Source of the DNA: an uncultured cyanobacterium
Lineage (GTDB): Bacteria > Cyanobacteriota > Cyanobacteriia > Cyanobacteriales > CAWCAG01
Assembly (NCBI GenBank): GCA_963793425.1
Contig: CAWCAG010000005.1
Span: 448,001 to 512,000, forward strand
Length of the DNA: 64,000 bases
Direction: 5' to 3'
The position numbers were made by a program, and so were the translations under genes. The notes under the pieces are model-generated. The model saw only the letters and a program-made list of their open reading frames with translations, did not search any database and had not been told where the DNA came from. Positions 32,701 through 43,303 of the stretch are shown one piece after another (position 1 is the stretch's first letter; each line of letters starts with the position of its first letter).

Positions 32701-32910
32701 AATCAGCAAGTTTTAGAGGTCTTGCTTGACGCTTTACAGGATGAAAACTCAGAGGTGAGAAAGTATGCAGCATATGCTTTGGACGAATTAGACAAACAAT
32801 CCAATCAAGTCATGCCCCTAATCATCAATTGGCTAAAACAACACCAGGATTCAGAATATGTAGGAAGAGGAATTGATGTCTTGTGGGACTTGACGAGTAG
32901 TACTCAATAA
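29721..32910 (+). CDS. NACHT NTPase with C-terminal HEAT repeats (NLR-like), split by a +1 frameshift near 32300
   Basis: Walker A GAPGVGKST, Walker B IFIDGLDE, ITSR, NPLLL, FVHKTFQEY; HEAT units continue across both ORFs. Confidence 0.88.
31915..32810 (+). repeat. Nine 99-bp (33-aa) HEAT repeat units
   Basis: Recurring aatcagcaagttttaga..ccttgcttaac at 99-bp spacing. Confidence 0.88.
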
Positions 32911-33355
32911 TACTTTCCTTTGGTTGTGTTGAAGATATGTTGATTAGGGTTAATACCAACTTCTGTTTAAAAGAGAGGCTACATTCACAAAAAACAAAGG
33001 GAAAACAGAAAAGATGATAAAAGGCGATCGCTGATTAAAAAGAAAGATGTTGCTGAATTAAAAACCGAAAAAAGTATGCTGCACATAAATCGGATCGAGC
33101 CATTTACTCTTACCAATTAGTAAATAACCTTCTCAACAACGAGCCTAAATCTCCATATGACCTACCACCGGATCTATCTCCGAGGACAAAGCAACCCGAA
33201 ACCAGCCAGCCAGACATAACCAACGAAGAGCGAAGCGGTTACGAAGGGGTGTGCGGTCACTGATTCCCCTCTTCACTGGGGGGTTTGGGGGGCTGGTCCC
33301 CCAATTAAACCTACAACGACCCACAGACAAACTCAAAGAACATTCACCAAACCTA

Positions 33356-33464
33356 CTAGTGGTCTGTCATTTTTGCTTTTGTGCATTAACAATCTCTAAA
33401 ACTCTTTTAGGACAAGGTATAAAAAAGCGAGTAACCCATATTATCGAGATTGACAGACCACTAG
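33356..33464. mobile_element. 109-bp MITE-like element with perfect 14-bp terminal inverted repeats
   Basis: CTAGTGGTCTGTCA (33356-33369) and TGACAGACCACTAG (33451-33464). Confidence 0.65.
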
Positions 33465-33481
33465 CCACTAGCCACTAGCTA

Positions 33482-34741
33482 TTAGCCATTAAAAGGAATT
33501 TCAATTACAAATTCAGCACCTTCTCCCGGAGAAGCAATGCAATGGAGCTTACCTTTGTGTTTATCTACCACAATCTGACGAGAAATAGATAACCCTAAAC
33601 CTGTCCCCTTACCTACTTTCTTGGTAGTAAAAAGATGGTCAAAAGCTTTATTTTTCACTTCAGTAGACATCCCTAAACCATCATCTTTAATACTAATTAA
33701 AATACTGTGTTGATCTTCTTTGATTTCAGTAGTAATAATAATTTGATGAGGACAAGCTTTGATTTCTAAATAAGAACGTCCGTAACAAGCTTCATTAATA
33801 GAATCGATCGCATTAGAAAGCAAATTCATAAATACTTGATTCAATTGCCCAGGAAAACATTCTACTTGAGGTAAAGCACCATATTCTTTAATTACTCTAA
33901 TCTCCGGGCGTTGAGTGTCAGCTTTGAGGCGATGAGTAAGAATAGTTAGAGTACTATCAATGCCGTCGTGAACGTTGAAACTAACTGGTTGATTACTATC
34001 AGCACGAGAAAAGATTCGTAGTGACTTGCTTAAATTAACAATGCGCTCAGTTCCCATTTTCATAGAAGTTATTACCTTGGGTAAATCCTCTATCAGAAAA
34101 TCTAGGTCAATTTCTTCTGCGTGTTCTTTAATCTCTGATGATAAACATTCAGGTTTGTTTTGATAAAGTTGTAAATGATTAATTAAATCTTCGCTATACT
34201 CTTCTGACTGGCTAAGGTTACCATTAATAAAACCGATGGGATTATTGATTTCGTGGGCAATACTAGCAACTAATTGACCCAAAGCAGACATTTTTTCGCT
34301 TTGGACAAGTTGAATTTGAGCTTGCTGTAGGCGATCACGATTAGTTCTTAATTCTTGGACACATTTGAGAGTACGATTGGTTGTAGTAATGAGATCATCA
34401 AAATCTATGGGCTTAATTAAAAAATCGAAAGCCCCCAAATTCATAGCTGTTCTAATATTCCTCATATCATCATAAGCAGATACCACCACCGCTTGCAAAG
34501 TTGGGTCTATTTCTGGAAGTAGCCCCAGCAGAGTTAGCCCATCCATCTCCGGCATATTAATATCTGTCAATACCATATCCACCGCACGCTTTTCTTGATA
34601 CAACTTCTCTAAAGCTTCCCTGCCATTGGAAGCGAATATTAACTCAAATTCTTTGGTGCGGATGAATTTTCGTAGTCGTTGCTTAATGAGGCGCTCGAAT
34701 TCTAGCTCGTCATCAACCACTAGGATTTTTGCTGGTATCAT
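33482..34741 (-). CDS. REC-histidine kinase (NtrB-like)
   Basis: TDINMP, QSEKMSALG..AHEINNP, NLLSNAID, GTGLGL. Confidence 0.9.
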   Translation of the reverse strand: MIPAKILVVDDELEFERLIKQRLRKFIRTKEFELIFASNGREALEKLYQEKRAVDMVLTDINMPEMDGLTLLGLLPEIDPTLQAVVVSAYDDMRNIRTAMNLGAFDFLIKPIDFDDLITTTNRTLKCVQELRTNRDRLQQAQIQLVQSEKMSALGQLVASIAHEINNPIGFINGNLSQSEEYSEDLINHLQLYQNKPECLSSEIKEHAEEIDLDFLIEDLPKVITSMKMGTERIVNLSKSLRIFSRADSNQPVSFNVHDGIDSTLTILTHRLKADTQRPEIRVIKEYGALPQVECFPGQLNQVFMNLLSNAIDSINEACYGRSYLEIKACPHQIIITTEIKEDQHSILISIKDDGLGMSTEVKNKAFDHLFTTKKVGKGTGLGLSISRQIVVDKHKGKLHCIASPGEGAEFVIEIPFNG

Positions 34742-34756
34742 ATTTCTTGAGAGACA

Positions 34757-36496
34757 TTAAGTATTGACTTTTTTGATCAAATCCACAACAGCTTGCCCCT
34801 GGATAGGTCGAGAAATTAAATAGCCCTGAGCGCAGTCACATCCTAACAATTGTAGTGTTTCTAGCTGCTCTTGAGTTTCCACACCTTCAGCGATCGCATC
34901 CAATCCGAGAGAATGGGCTAAGGTGATAATGGTTTTGGCAATATCGAGGTTTTTCCCTGTCCCCCGAATATCTTTGATGAAAGAACGGTCAATTTTGAGA
35001 GTATCAATGGGAAAGGATTGGAGGTATGCCAAAGAGGAATAACCTGTACCAAAGTCGTCAATAGATAGCTTAATATCCCTTTCTTTGAGTTCGGTAAGCA
35101 ATTCGATAGCTGCTGAGCCATTCTTCATCAAAATGCTCTCAGTAATTTCTAGCTTTAACTGAGAGCCACTCAAACCCGTCTCTTCTAGGGTTTCATCAAT
35201 TGATTGGAGCAAGTCTGAATTACTAATTTGAATTCCCGATAAATTGACACTGATATTTTCCGGACAATCATCCTGAAATTTTTCTTGCCACTGCTTCAAC
35301 TGCCGACAAGCCTCTAAGAGAACCCACTTACCTAAAGGAACAATCAAGCCTGTTTCTTCTGCTAGGGGAATAAACTCCATCGGCAGAATAGTTCCTTTCT
35401 GGGGATGCTCCCACCTAACTAAAGCTTCTAAACTAACAATTTTGTTAGTTTGCAAAGAAATAATTGGTTGATAGAGTACCTTCAGTTGCTGCTCATCTAA
35501 AGCCTCTTGAAGATCCGCTTCTAACTTCAAACGCTTAGTAGCCCCCGTTTGCATACTAGGAACAAAAACCGCTGTATTTGTTTCTTCTTGAACTTTAGCA
35601 TGGTTCATGGCTGTATCGGCAGCACGAAGAAAGTCTTCTGGTTCTTCGTAATCAACCGTACTATCAACAATACCAATGTAGGTAGAAGAAGATACTAAAG
35701 AGCCGTTGAGTTGAAAGGGAACTTTAATTTCTCGATGAATTTGTTCTGCTTTTTGCTTCGCCTCATCTAGATCTTGAATATCTTTGAGGATAATAGCAAA
35801 TTCGTTAGTCCCAACACGGGCTACGGTGTCTGTGGGTTGAACACATTTTTCCAAACGTTGAGCCATTTCCACCAAGAGGCGATCGCTTAATTCATGACCT
35901 AAACCATATTTGACAATAGGATAACTATCTAAATAAACAAAGAGGATGGCAAAAATATTACTTTGCTGCTGTACCTGCTCAATACACATAGCCGCAGCAA
36001 TACGATGGAGAATTAAGCATCGGTTGGGTAATTTGGTAAGCTGGTCATAAAAAGCCATTTCCTGAAGCTTTCCCAAAGCTTCTTGGAGTTGATCTTGTTG
36101 CTTTCTAAGCTGCTTGACAAACTTTAAAGTTTTTTGGATCGTAACCTTTAAATCATCAAAATCAATAGGTTTTACTAAAAAGTCAAAAGCACCTCGATTC
36201 ATGGCAGTTCTGATATTACTCATATCGCCATAAGCAGATACCACCACAGCTTTGAGAGTTTGGTCTATTTCTGGCAATAAACCAAGTAAAGTAAGACCGT
36301 CCATTTCTGGCATATTAATGTCAGTAAGAACCATCTCTATTGCTTGTTCACTTTGCAATTTCTCCAATGCTTCTTTGCCATTATGGGCAAATAACAACTC
36401 AAATTCCTTAGCACGAACGTGTTTCTTTAAGCGTTGTTTAATGAGACGTTCTAACTCTAATTCATCATCAACTATTAAAATTTTTGCTTTTGTCAT
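34757..36496 (-). CDS. REC, degenerate GGDEF, EAL protein
   Basis: YDQLTKLPN; GGDEF site reads GTNEF; EALVRW and DDFGTGYSS intact. Confidence 0.9.
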   Translation of the reverse strand: MTKAKILIVDDELELERLIKQRLKKHVRAKEFELLFAHNGKEALEKLQSEQAIEMVLTDINMPEMDGLTLLGLLPEIDQTLKAVVVSAYGDMSNIRTAMNRGAFDFLVKPIDFDDLKVTIQKTLKFVKQLRKQQDQLQEALGKLQEMAFYDQLTKLPNRCLILHRIAAAMCIEQVQQQSNIFAILFVYLDSYPIVKYGLGHELSDRLLVEMAQRLEKCVQPTDTVARVGTNEFAIILKDIQDLDEAKQKAEQIHREIKVPFQLNGSLVSSSTYIGIVDSTVDYEEPEDFLRAADTAMNHAKVQEETNTAVFVPSMQTGATKRLKLEADLQEALDEQQLKVLYQPIISLQTNKIVSLEALVRWEHPQKGTILPMEFIPLAEETGLIVPLGKWVLLEACRQLKQWQEKFQDDCPENISVNLSGIQISNSDLLQSIDETLEETGLSGSQLKLEITESILMKNGSAAIELLTELKERDIKLSIDDFGTGYSSLAYLQSFPIDTLKIDRSFIKDIRGTGKNLDIAKTIITLAHSLGLDAIAEGVETQEQLETLQLLGCDCAQGYLISRPIQGQAVVDLIKKVNT

Positions 36497-37094
36497 GTCA
36501 GTTTTAGGGGCGGACGTTTAATTTTATCGGGCATTGCACTTAGCTCTATATAATTAAGAGCTACTATTTATTATTGAGAGTATTGTTAATACTTAAACAC
36601 TCAACTTTTCTTGGCACTAGAAGTTTTCAGCTAACACAAGATAACTCACAGAAAGTTTTTCCTGATCTCGATATTTAAGTAGCTAACATTTTTGAAGAGA
36701 CAGCTAGGAGGCGACTTTAGATTAGTATCGTCTCAATGAATATCTTAGGTTTGGGAAGGGGTGATTTGGTAATTTTGAGATTTTAATATCATTAGTGCAT
36801 TATCCTCCTCAGACAAGTAAAGTAAGCAGTTTGGTTGGCAAGTTGAAGATTAGTTTAGTAATACAGTTAATGTATTCTAGTTGTAATTTGGATTGGAAAA
36901 TAGGGTAGATATTACTATGAAAATGCGTTTTTGAGATAGATGCTAGCTGAGTATACCTTTATAACTAAATAGCTCAGTTCAATTTATGGCAAACAACAAT
37001 ATAGCCCAAGAATATTGTCTTTACCTGCGACTCTCGTCACAACTAGACTGTGATATAGACATTTGAATTGAGCTAAAACCTGAGCATCAGATGA

Positions 37095-38405
37095 TTAGAT
37101 AGCTTTTTTGGGTAAAGTAATAATAAATGTTGTGTATGCTCCTGGTTGAGTATCTACCTTAAGTGTTCCCCGATGTTGCTTAACAATAATGTCATAGGTT
37201 AAAGATAGTCCTAAACCAGTTCCCTCTCCGCTTGCTTTAGTAGTAAAAAAAGGATTAAAAATTTTCTCTTCAAGTTCTGGTTCAATACCTATACCATTAT
37301 CAAAAATACGGATCTCAATAGCTTCACCAAGATTTTTGGTTTTGATACTAAGCTTAGGTTCAAAAACCTCTTGACTAGCTTCTTGCAAATGTTTCTGTTG
37401 TTTAGCTTCAACAGCATAGAAAGCATTATCAAGTAAATTGATTAAAGCACGACTTAAATCGGAAGGAACTAATTCAATTTGATTGATATCTTGGTCATAT
37501 TCAGTTTCTATAGCAACTTGAGAAGCATTATTTCTAGCAACTTTACTGTGACAAGCCCATTCAACTGTTTCAGCGAAGAATGTATTAAATACGATTGATT
37601 GACGCTGACCTCTCTCACTACGAGAATGTTGCATCATATTATCAATAATATTTTCTGCCCTTTGTCCGTGTTTATGAATAGCTACAGCATTTTCCTTAAC
37701 ATCAACCAAAACTTCTTTGATATAGCCAAAGTCTTCTGGATCAATCTTTGCTGCGTGTTTACTTAGTTCCTCAAGAATTTCATCTGTAAGTTCTACTGAA
37801 CCTTCAGCATAATTGTTAATAATATTGAGAGGATTACGTATTTCGTGGGCAATGCCTGCGGTTAACGCACCAAGAGAAGCCAGTTTTTCTTGAACAACAA
37901 TCTGTTGTTGAGCTGCTTTAAGTTGCTCAATAGTTTCTTGCAAGCTGGTTTCTGCGGCCTTTCTTTGCTCAACTTCTTCTTGCAACAGGTCATTTTGTGT
38001 TTCCAGCATTTTGGTTAAGGTTTGCAAACGCAGATGTACCTTAATGCGAGCTAATACCTCTTCTGACTGGATTGGTTTGGTGACATAATCTATAGCGCCT
38101 AAAGATAAACCTTTGACCTTATTTACCGTTTCATTGAGGGCAGTCATGAAAATAACAGGAACATCTTCAGTAAGAGGATTTTCTTTGAGCTTTTGACAGG
38201 TTTCAAATCCATCAATACCAGGCATCATTACATCTAACAAAATCAAGTCTGGTGGTCTATATTCAACCTGTTCAATGGCACTTTCGCCATCGGTGGCAAC
38301 AGCTACTTTAAAGCCAGCATTCATCAGAGTGGTGGACAATACCTCTAAATTAGTAGGGATATCATCAACAATGAGTATTAGTTGAAATTCTTTATCTGGA
38401 GACAT
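37095..38405 (-). CDS. REC-histidine kinase
   Basis: LDVMMP, QEKLASLG..AHEIRNP, NLLDNA, GTGLGL. Confidence 0.9.
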   Translation of the reverse strand: MSPDKEFQLILIVDDIPTNLEVLSTTLMNAGFKVAVATDGESAIEQVEYRPPDLILLDVMMPGIDGFETCQKLKENPLTEDVPVIFMTALNETVNKVKGLSLGAIDYVTKPIQSEEVLARIKVHLRLQTLTKMLETQNDLLQEEVEQRKAAETSLQETIEQLKAAQQQIVVQEKLASLGALTAGIAHEIRNPLNIINNYAEGSVELTDEILEELSKHAAKIDPEDFGYIKEVLVDVKENAVAIHKHGQRAENIIDNMMQHSRSERGQRQSIVFNTFFAETVEWACHSKVARNNASQVAIETEYDQDINQIELVPSDLSRALINLLDNAFYAVEAKQQKHLQEASQEVFEPKLSIKTKNLGEAIEIRIFDNGIGIEPELEEKIFNPFFTTKASGEGTGLGLSLTYDIIVKQHRGTLKVDTQPGAYTTFIITLPKKAI

Positions 38406-38963
38406 CTATTTTTCAATAATCTGCTTTTTTTAGTCAGTCAGAGCAAAGGAGGTTCGGACAAGTAAAGACTCTTTAATATCTTTCCCAACTGTATAGCGAG
38501 AATTGTTTGCTGCCAAGTTGGTGACAACCTGGCAGCAAAAATATGGAAAGAGTTTTACTGCTCAATTTTCAACAGATATACTTAGAATCCCGGATTAAAT
38601 TAAGAATTTGTCTCCCCCAGCTTGTCATACCAAATTCTGTTTAAATAGCATAAGTTATCAGTGAGGGTAGGGAGTAGGGAGTAGGGTTTCAGTATAAGTC
38701 GCCAAAAATATACACAAATCAAACGTTAGATAGACGTAATCACGAACATAGATGTTTCATAATTAACTATGGGAGCAAAAAAAATTAACTCTAAATTGAG
38801 AGTGTTATATTTTTGTTCTTCTAGTTCCTCTTGTTTTCAGTTCAAGTAAGCCTAGTTGTAACAATCCCAGTCATCAGGGTCAATTACTCTCAGTCATCAA
38901 GTACATAGCTCCAAATCATCAGGTTCATAATCCCGTCAGGTTACTACACTAAGCCTAGCGGGG

Positions 38964-40082
38964 TTATTTTTGTGGAGAATCTAGCCCTACAGCCTCAGTA
39001 ATTGAATTAAATTTATGTTCTTCTAGTTTTTGCAACAATCCCTTTAATACTCTTCTTACCATACCAGGGCCTTCATAAACCCAGCCGGTATAAACTTGAA
39101 TCAAACTTGCACCAGCTGTAATTTTTTCCCAAGCATCTTCAGCATTGAAAATCCCTCCGACACCAATAATAGTTAGTTGTCCTTGAGTTTGTTGATAGAT
39201 AAAACGGATCACTTCAGTGGCGCGATCGCTTATCGGTTTGCCACTAATGCCCCCAGCTTCTTCAATTACTTTCCTTTGGGTAGCCGGAATAGTTGTAGTT
39301 TGAAGATTATCTCGGCGAATGGTGGTATTAGTAGCGATAATTCCTGCTAATTGATAGTTTTGTACCAAATTAATCACATCGGCGATCGCCTCTTGGCTCA
39401 AGTCGGGGGCGATCTTAACTAAAATTGGTTTACGGTTTTGATTTTCCTGTTGTAAAGCATCAACAATCAAACTCAGTTGCTTGGCATCCTGGAGAGAGCG
39501 TAAACCAGGAGTATTGGGTGAACTAACATTAACCACAAAATAACTTCCCCAATCTTGCAAGCGTCGGAAACTGCCTAAATAATCTGCTGCGGCTTCTTCT
39601 AAAGGAGTTACCTTCGATTTACCTAAATTAATCCCCCAAGGCACTCCGGCATAACCTTTGCGCTTTGCTAAACTTTCTTTTAAGATAGAACTGCCTTGGT
39701 TATTAAAACCCATACGATTCAAAGCAGCTTCATCTTCCGGTAGGCGAAATAGCCGAGGAAGGGGGTTTCCTGGTTGCGGGTAGTAAGTTACAGTACCAAG
39801 TTCAGCAAAACCAAAGCCCATACTTCCCCATACCCCTGCTGCCATGCCATCCTTATCAAATCCTGCTGCCAAACCCAGAGGATTAGGAAAATTAATACCC
39901 CACAAATTTTGTTCTAACCTAGTATCCTGGAAACCAAAAGAATACTCTAATTGAGGCAATAACCAGGAGACTCTAAATTCCAGCCAATTTAGTAGTTTGA
40001 GACTACGCTTATGCAAAATTTCTGGGTCAGCTTTTAAACCAGAAAAAAGCAAGGGACGGAGCATTTTTTTGTAGATATTCAC
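38964..40082 (-). CDS. pyrD: Quinone-dependent dihydroorotate dehydrogenase
   Basis: [36 protein letters not shown]. Confidence 0.96.
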   Translation of the reverse strand: MNIYKKMLRPLLFSGLKADPEILHKRSLKLLNWLEFRVSWLLPQLEYSFGFQDTRLEQNLWGINFPNPLGLAAGFDKDGMAAGVWGSMGFGFAELGTVTYYPQPGNPLPRLFRLPEDEAALNRMGFNNQGSSILKESLAKRKGYAGVPWGINLGKSKVTPLEEAAADYLGSFRRLQDWGSYFVVNVSSPNTPGLRSLQDAKQLSLIVDALQQENQNRKPILVKIAPDLSQEAIADVINLVQNYQLAGIIATNTTIRRDNLQTTTIPATQRKVIEEAGGISGKPISDRATEVIRFIYQQTQGQLTIIGVGGIFNAEDAWEKITAGASLIQVYTGWVYEGPGMVRRVLKGLLQKLEEHKFNSITEAVGLDSPQK

Positions 40083-40225
40083 AATTCTAATGGAGTAAAG
40101 GTAGCAACAGACATCTAATTTCTATGCACATTAGCTTAGAATGGATGGATATTTTACATCCTCTTAGTTTCGTCTTTCCAAAAAGAAGATTACTATGCTT
40201 AATATAGTAATCTTCACCAACACCA

Positions 40226-41623
40226 ATGGTAGCAAATCCTCAAATAACCCTCGAAGAAAAAGCCCAAAAACTATTAGAAGCTTCTCTTATTTATTATCAA
40301 GATCGTCCTGTCGGAGCCGTAGCAGCCCGTGATTTTGAAACCGAAGCTCTTAACTACGACCAATGTTTTATCCGAGACTTTGTTCCTGTGGCTTTGGTCT
40401 ATTTACTCCAAGGAAAAACTGAACTTGTCCGCAACTTTCTCATAGAAACTGTCGCTTTACAAAAACAAGAAAGGCGTATTGACTGTTACGAACCTCCACC
40501 AGGTTTAATGCCTGCTAGCTTCAAAGTAAAAGTGCAAGAAGAAAAGCAATCTCTTGTGGCTGATTTTGGCGACTTGGCCATCGGCCGGGTAACCCCTGTA
40601 GATTCTTGCTTATGGTGGGTTATTCTTTTAAGGGCTTATGTAAAAGCAACTGGAGACTCCGCTTTTGCAGAGCAAAAAGAGTTTCAAGATGGTTTAAAAT
40701 ACATCCTTGATATTTGTTTAGGCTCTCGCTTTGAAACTGCACCTACTTTGTTAGTTCCTGATGGTGCTTGTATGATTGACCGTCGCATGGGAGTTGATGG
40801 TCATCCTATTGAGATTCAAGCACTTTTTTATGCTGCTTTGCGAGGAGCGCGGGAATTACTCGTTAAGGATGAAGATGGGCAAGTTTGGTATGACAAAATT
40901 AATAACCGTCTCAGTAGTTTAATCTTTCACATCCGTTTTTACTACTGGCTTGACCTCAAAAAAATCAACCAAATTCATCGTTATAAAGGAGAAGAGTTTG
41001 GCGAATCGGTAGTAAATACTTTTAACATTTATCCTGATTCAATTCCTTACTGGTTAACGGAATGGATACCAGATCAAGGAGGATACTTAGTCGGTAATTT
41101 AGGGCCGGGTCGCATGGATTTTCGCTTCTTTGCTTTGGGTAACTTAGTAGCAATTGTCTCTTCTTTAACAAATGTTGAGCAGTCCCAAGAAATTATGGAT
41201 TTAATTGAGCAGAGATGGGACGATTTAGTAGGCAGGATGCCAATGAAAGTTTGCTTTCCCGCAGTAGAAGGTTTGGAGTGGAAAATTATTACAGGCTCTG
41301 ATCCCAAAAATACCCCTTGGTCTTATCATAACGGCGGAAGCTGGCCCATCTTACTGTGGCTCTTAATTGCTGCGGCCCAAATTACTGGGAGAAAAGAATT
41401 AGGTGAAAAAGCTCTAGCTTTGGCCAGAGTCCGTCTAGAAAAAGATGAATGGCCTGAATACTATGATGGCAAAAATGGTCGTCTGGTAGGTAAAGCAGCA
41501 AGGAAGTACCAAACTTGGACAATTGCAGGTTTCTTATTAGCACAACTGTTACAAGACAATCCAGAGCATCTTTCTATTCTTAGTTTTGAAGAAGATACTG
41601 AAGCGGCAGGATGTATCATCTAA
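40226..41623 (+). CDS. Alkaline/neutral invertase (GH100)
   Basis: [51 protein letters not shown]. Confidence 0.93.
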   Translation: MVANPQITLEEKAQKLLEASLIYYQDRPVGAVAARDFETEALNYDQCFIRDFVPVALVYLLQGKTELVRNFLIETVALQKQERRIDCYEPPPGLMPASFKVKVQEEKQSLVADFGDLAIGRVTPVDSCLWWVILLRAYVKATGDSAFAEQKEFQDGLKYILDICLGSRFETAPTLLVPDGACMIDRRMGVDGHPIEIQALFYAALRGARELLVKDEDGQVWYDKINNRLSSLIFHIRFYYWLDLKKINQIHRYKGEEFGESVVNTFNIYPDSIPYWLTEWIPDQGGYLVGNLGPGRMDFRFFALGNLVAIVSSLTNVEQSQEIMDLIEQRWDDLVGRMPMKVCFPAVEGLEWKIITGSDPKNTPWSYHNGGSWPILLWLLIAAAQITGRKELGEKALALARVRLEKDEWPEYYDGKNGRLVGKAARKYQTWTIAGFLLAQLLQDNPEHLSILSFEEDTEAAGCII

Positions 41624-41717
41624 CAAGACTTTAATTTAAAAAAAATAATGCATTTTGGTAACTAAAAATACCAAATTATCTTAATTGAAAAATACTTAAG
41701 ATGAATCAAATCTTGTT

Positions 41718-41740
41718 AGGGCGAAAGGTTCTTCGCCCTT
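41718..41740. terminator. REP-like hairpin between convergent genes
   Basis: agggcgaa-aggttc-ttcgccct. Confidence 0.55.
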
Positions 41741-41747
41741 GCTAGGT

Positions 41748-41987
41748 TTAATCAGCTTTAATTTGATAAATAGGTTGTTCGTCAACAATAACTCTTTCCC
41801 AAGACCAACCGTTAGGATCGTATTTAGAACTCCAGCGGGCGAAGTGTTCTCCGCCTTTACGGATATTCCTAATTACACTACTCCTATTTACTCTCAACCT
41901 GTTTGCTAAAGCTTTTTGGGTAATACCGCTAATGAATTCGTTAGCTTCGTAATTAGTGAAGCTATTAGTCTGCCTAAAGAAGTTCAT
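41748..41987 (-). CDS. Small HTH-like hypothetical protein
   Basis: GITQKALANRLRV..S..F.RWS..DP.G..W; paralog at 62204-62422. Confidence 0.6.
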   Translation of the reverse strand: MNFFRQTNSFTNYEANEFISGITQKALANRLRVNRSSVIRNIRKGGEHFARWSSKYDPNGWSWERVIVDEQPIYQIKAD

Positions 41988-42300
41988 TTGATTTTTAAAG
42001 CTCTTGGATGTTCCTGATAATAAGTCGAGATAAGTTCTTTAAAGTTCCTGTTTATTGAGGCTATTTGAGGATATTTATAGATTGATTATTAGTTCTAATT
42101 GCTCCTTGAAAAGAATAAAATAATAACAATTAGATTGGCTTTAAATAGATGCTATATTTGATAGAATAACTAATTTTTTCATCAATATAAATACAGTTTT
42201 TCTCTAGTACAGTAATATTGCTGCTCAGTAATATCTCTTTCTTATTCAGGTAATTATCACTAATGTAAAGTAACTATAAACAAATCTTGATACCCTACTA

Positions 42301-43044
42301 ATGAGATTGCCTCAACTTTTCGCGACAGCATTAGTATTAGTTGAATTTTCTGGCTTAGGATTAACAAGCTGCCTACCTTCAACTAATTATTCCGTAAATA
42401 AAGAAAATAGCCATTCTTCTTCAGGGCTAGAAGTTACTTCTACCCAACTGCAAGAAATAGCACTGGAAGAAGCAGAATACTTTGAACTAATCGCTTTTGG
42501 CAACGAATTTGTAACAAATCCTCAAACCCAATATGTTCGCAAATGGAATGAAGATATTAGAATTAAAGTCATGGGTTCTCCTACTCAGGAGGACTGGCAA
42601 ACTTTACAAATAGTTATTAACGAACTTAATCAATTAGTTGGTGATATTCAAATAGCTCTAGATAACCAGAATCACAACCTAGAAATCTATTTTATTCCCC
42701 AGGAAAAGTTTTCTCAATACGAACCTAACTATGTTCCTGGAAATCTTGGTTTCTTCTTCATTTGGTGGAACAGTAACTTAGAAATTAACCGGGGAAAAAT
42801 ACTAATCTCAACAAACCAAGTTACTCAAATTGAACGTTCCCATATAATTCGCGAAGAATTAACTCAATCTTTAGGTTTAATGAATGATGCTTGGACTTAT
42901 CCAGATAGTATTTTTTATCAAGATTGGACTGAAGTAAATCAGTTTTCTGAACTAGATAAGGTTGTAATTAGGATACTTTATAGCCCCAAAATCAAAACAG
43001 GAATGACGCAACAACAAGTGCGGGATATTTTACTTGGTTATTAA
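42301..43044 (+). CDS. Lipoprotein, DUF2927-like
   Basis: Lipobox LTSC, RKW, IIREELTQSLGLMND, SIFY. Confidence 0.75.
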   Translation: MRLPQLFATALVLVEFSGLGLTSCLPSTNYSVNKENSHSSSGLEVTSTQLQEIALEEAEYFELIAFGNEFVTNPQTQYVRKWNEDIRIKVMGSPTQEDWQTLQIVINELNQLVGDIQIALDNQNHNLEIYFIPQEKFSQYEPNYVPGNLGFFFIWWNSNLEINRGKILISTNQVTQIERSHIIREELTQSLGLMNDAWTYPDSIFYQDWTEVNQFSELDKVVIRILYSPKIKTGMTQQQVRDILLGY

Positions 43045-43255
43045 GCCCATCTTACCGATCACAGATAATCCTAATCTACAAGGAGTAGAATTCGCTCTTG
43101 GTCGTTTAAAATCTTTAGAAACTGGAGGGGTGAGTCTTAAGGATCTAGTAGTTGCTATCTCTCCGACCCTAGATATAGGACTTTTAGGACAAGATGTCTA
43201 TGGCAATTATGATGTCAGTATCAAAGAGAATGTGATTGAGCTGCGCGTTCGTTAA
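43034..43255 (+). pseudogene. 3' fragment of a retropepsin-like aspartyl protease
   Basis: IGLLGQD..NYDVSIKENVIEL C-terminal motif, no DTG catalytic N-terminus. Confidence 0.55.
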
Positions 43256-43303
43256 GAAATAGCTGCTACAATACAAAACCCAAGAGAAGTTTTTCAACAA
43301 ATT

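Noticed and set aside
31915..32810. Regularly spaced repeats as CRISPR
   Set aside because: 99-bp coding HEAT units with homologous intervening sequence; no cas genes
33145..33478. Two short overlapping ORFs
   Set aside because: They span repeat and MITE remnants and have no protein-like motifs
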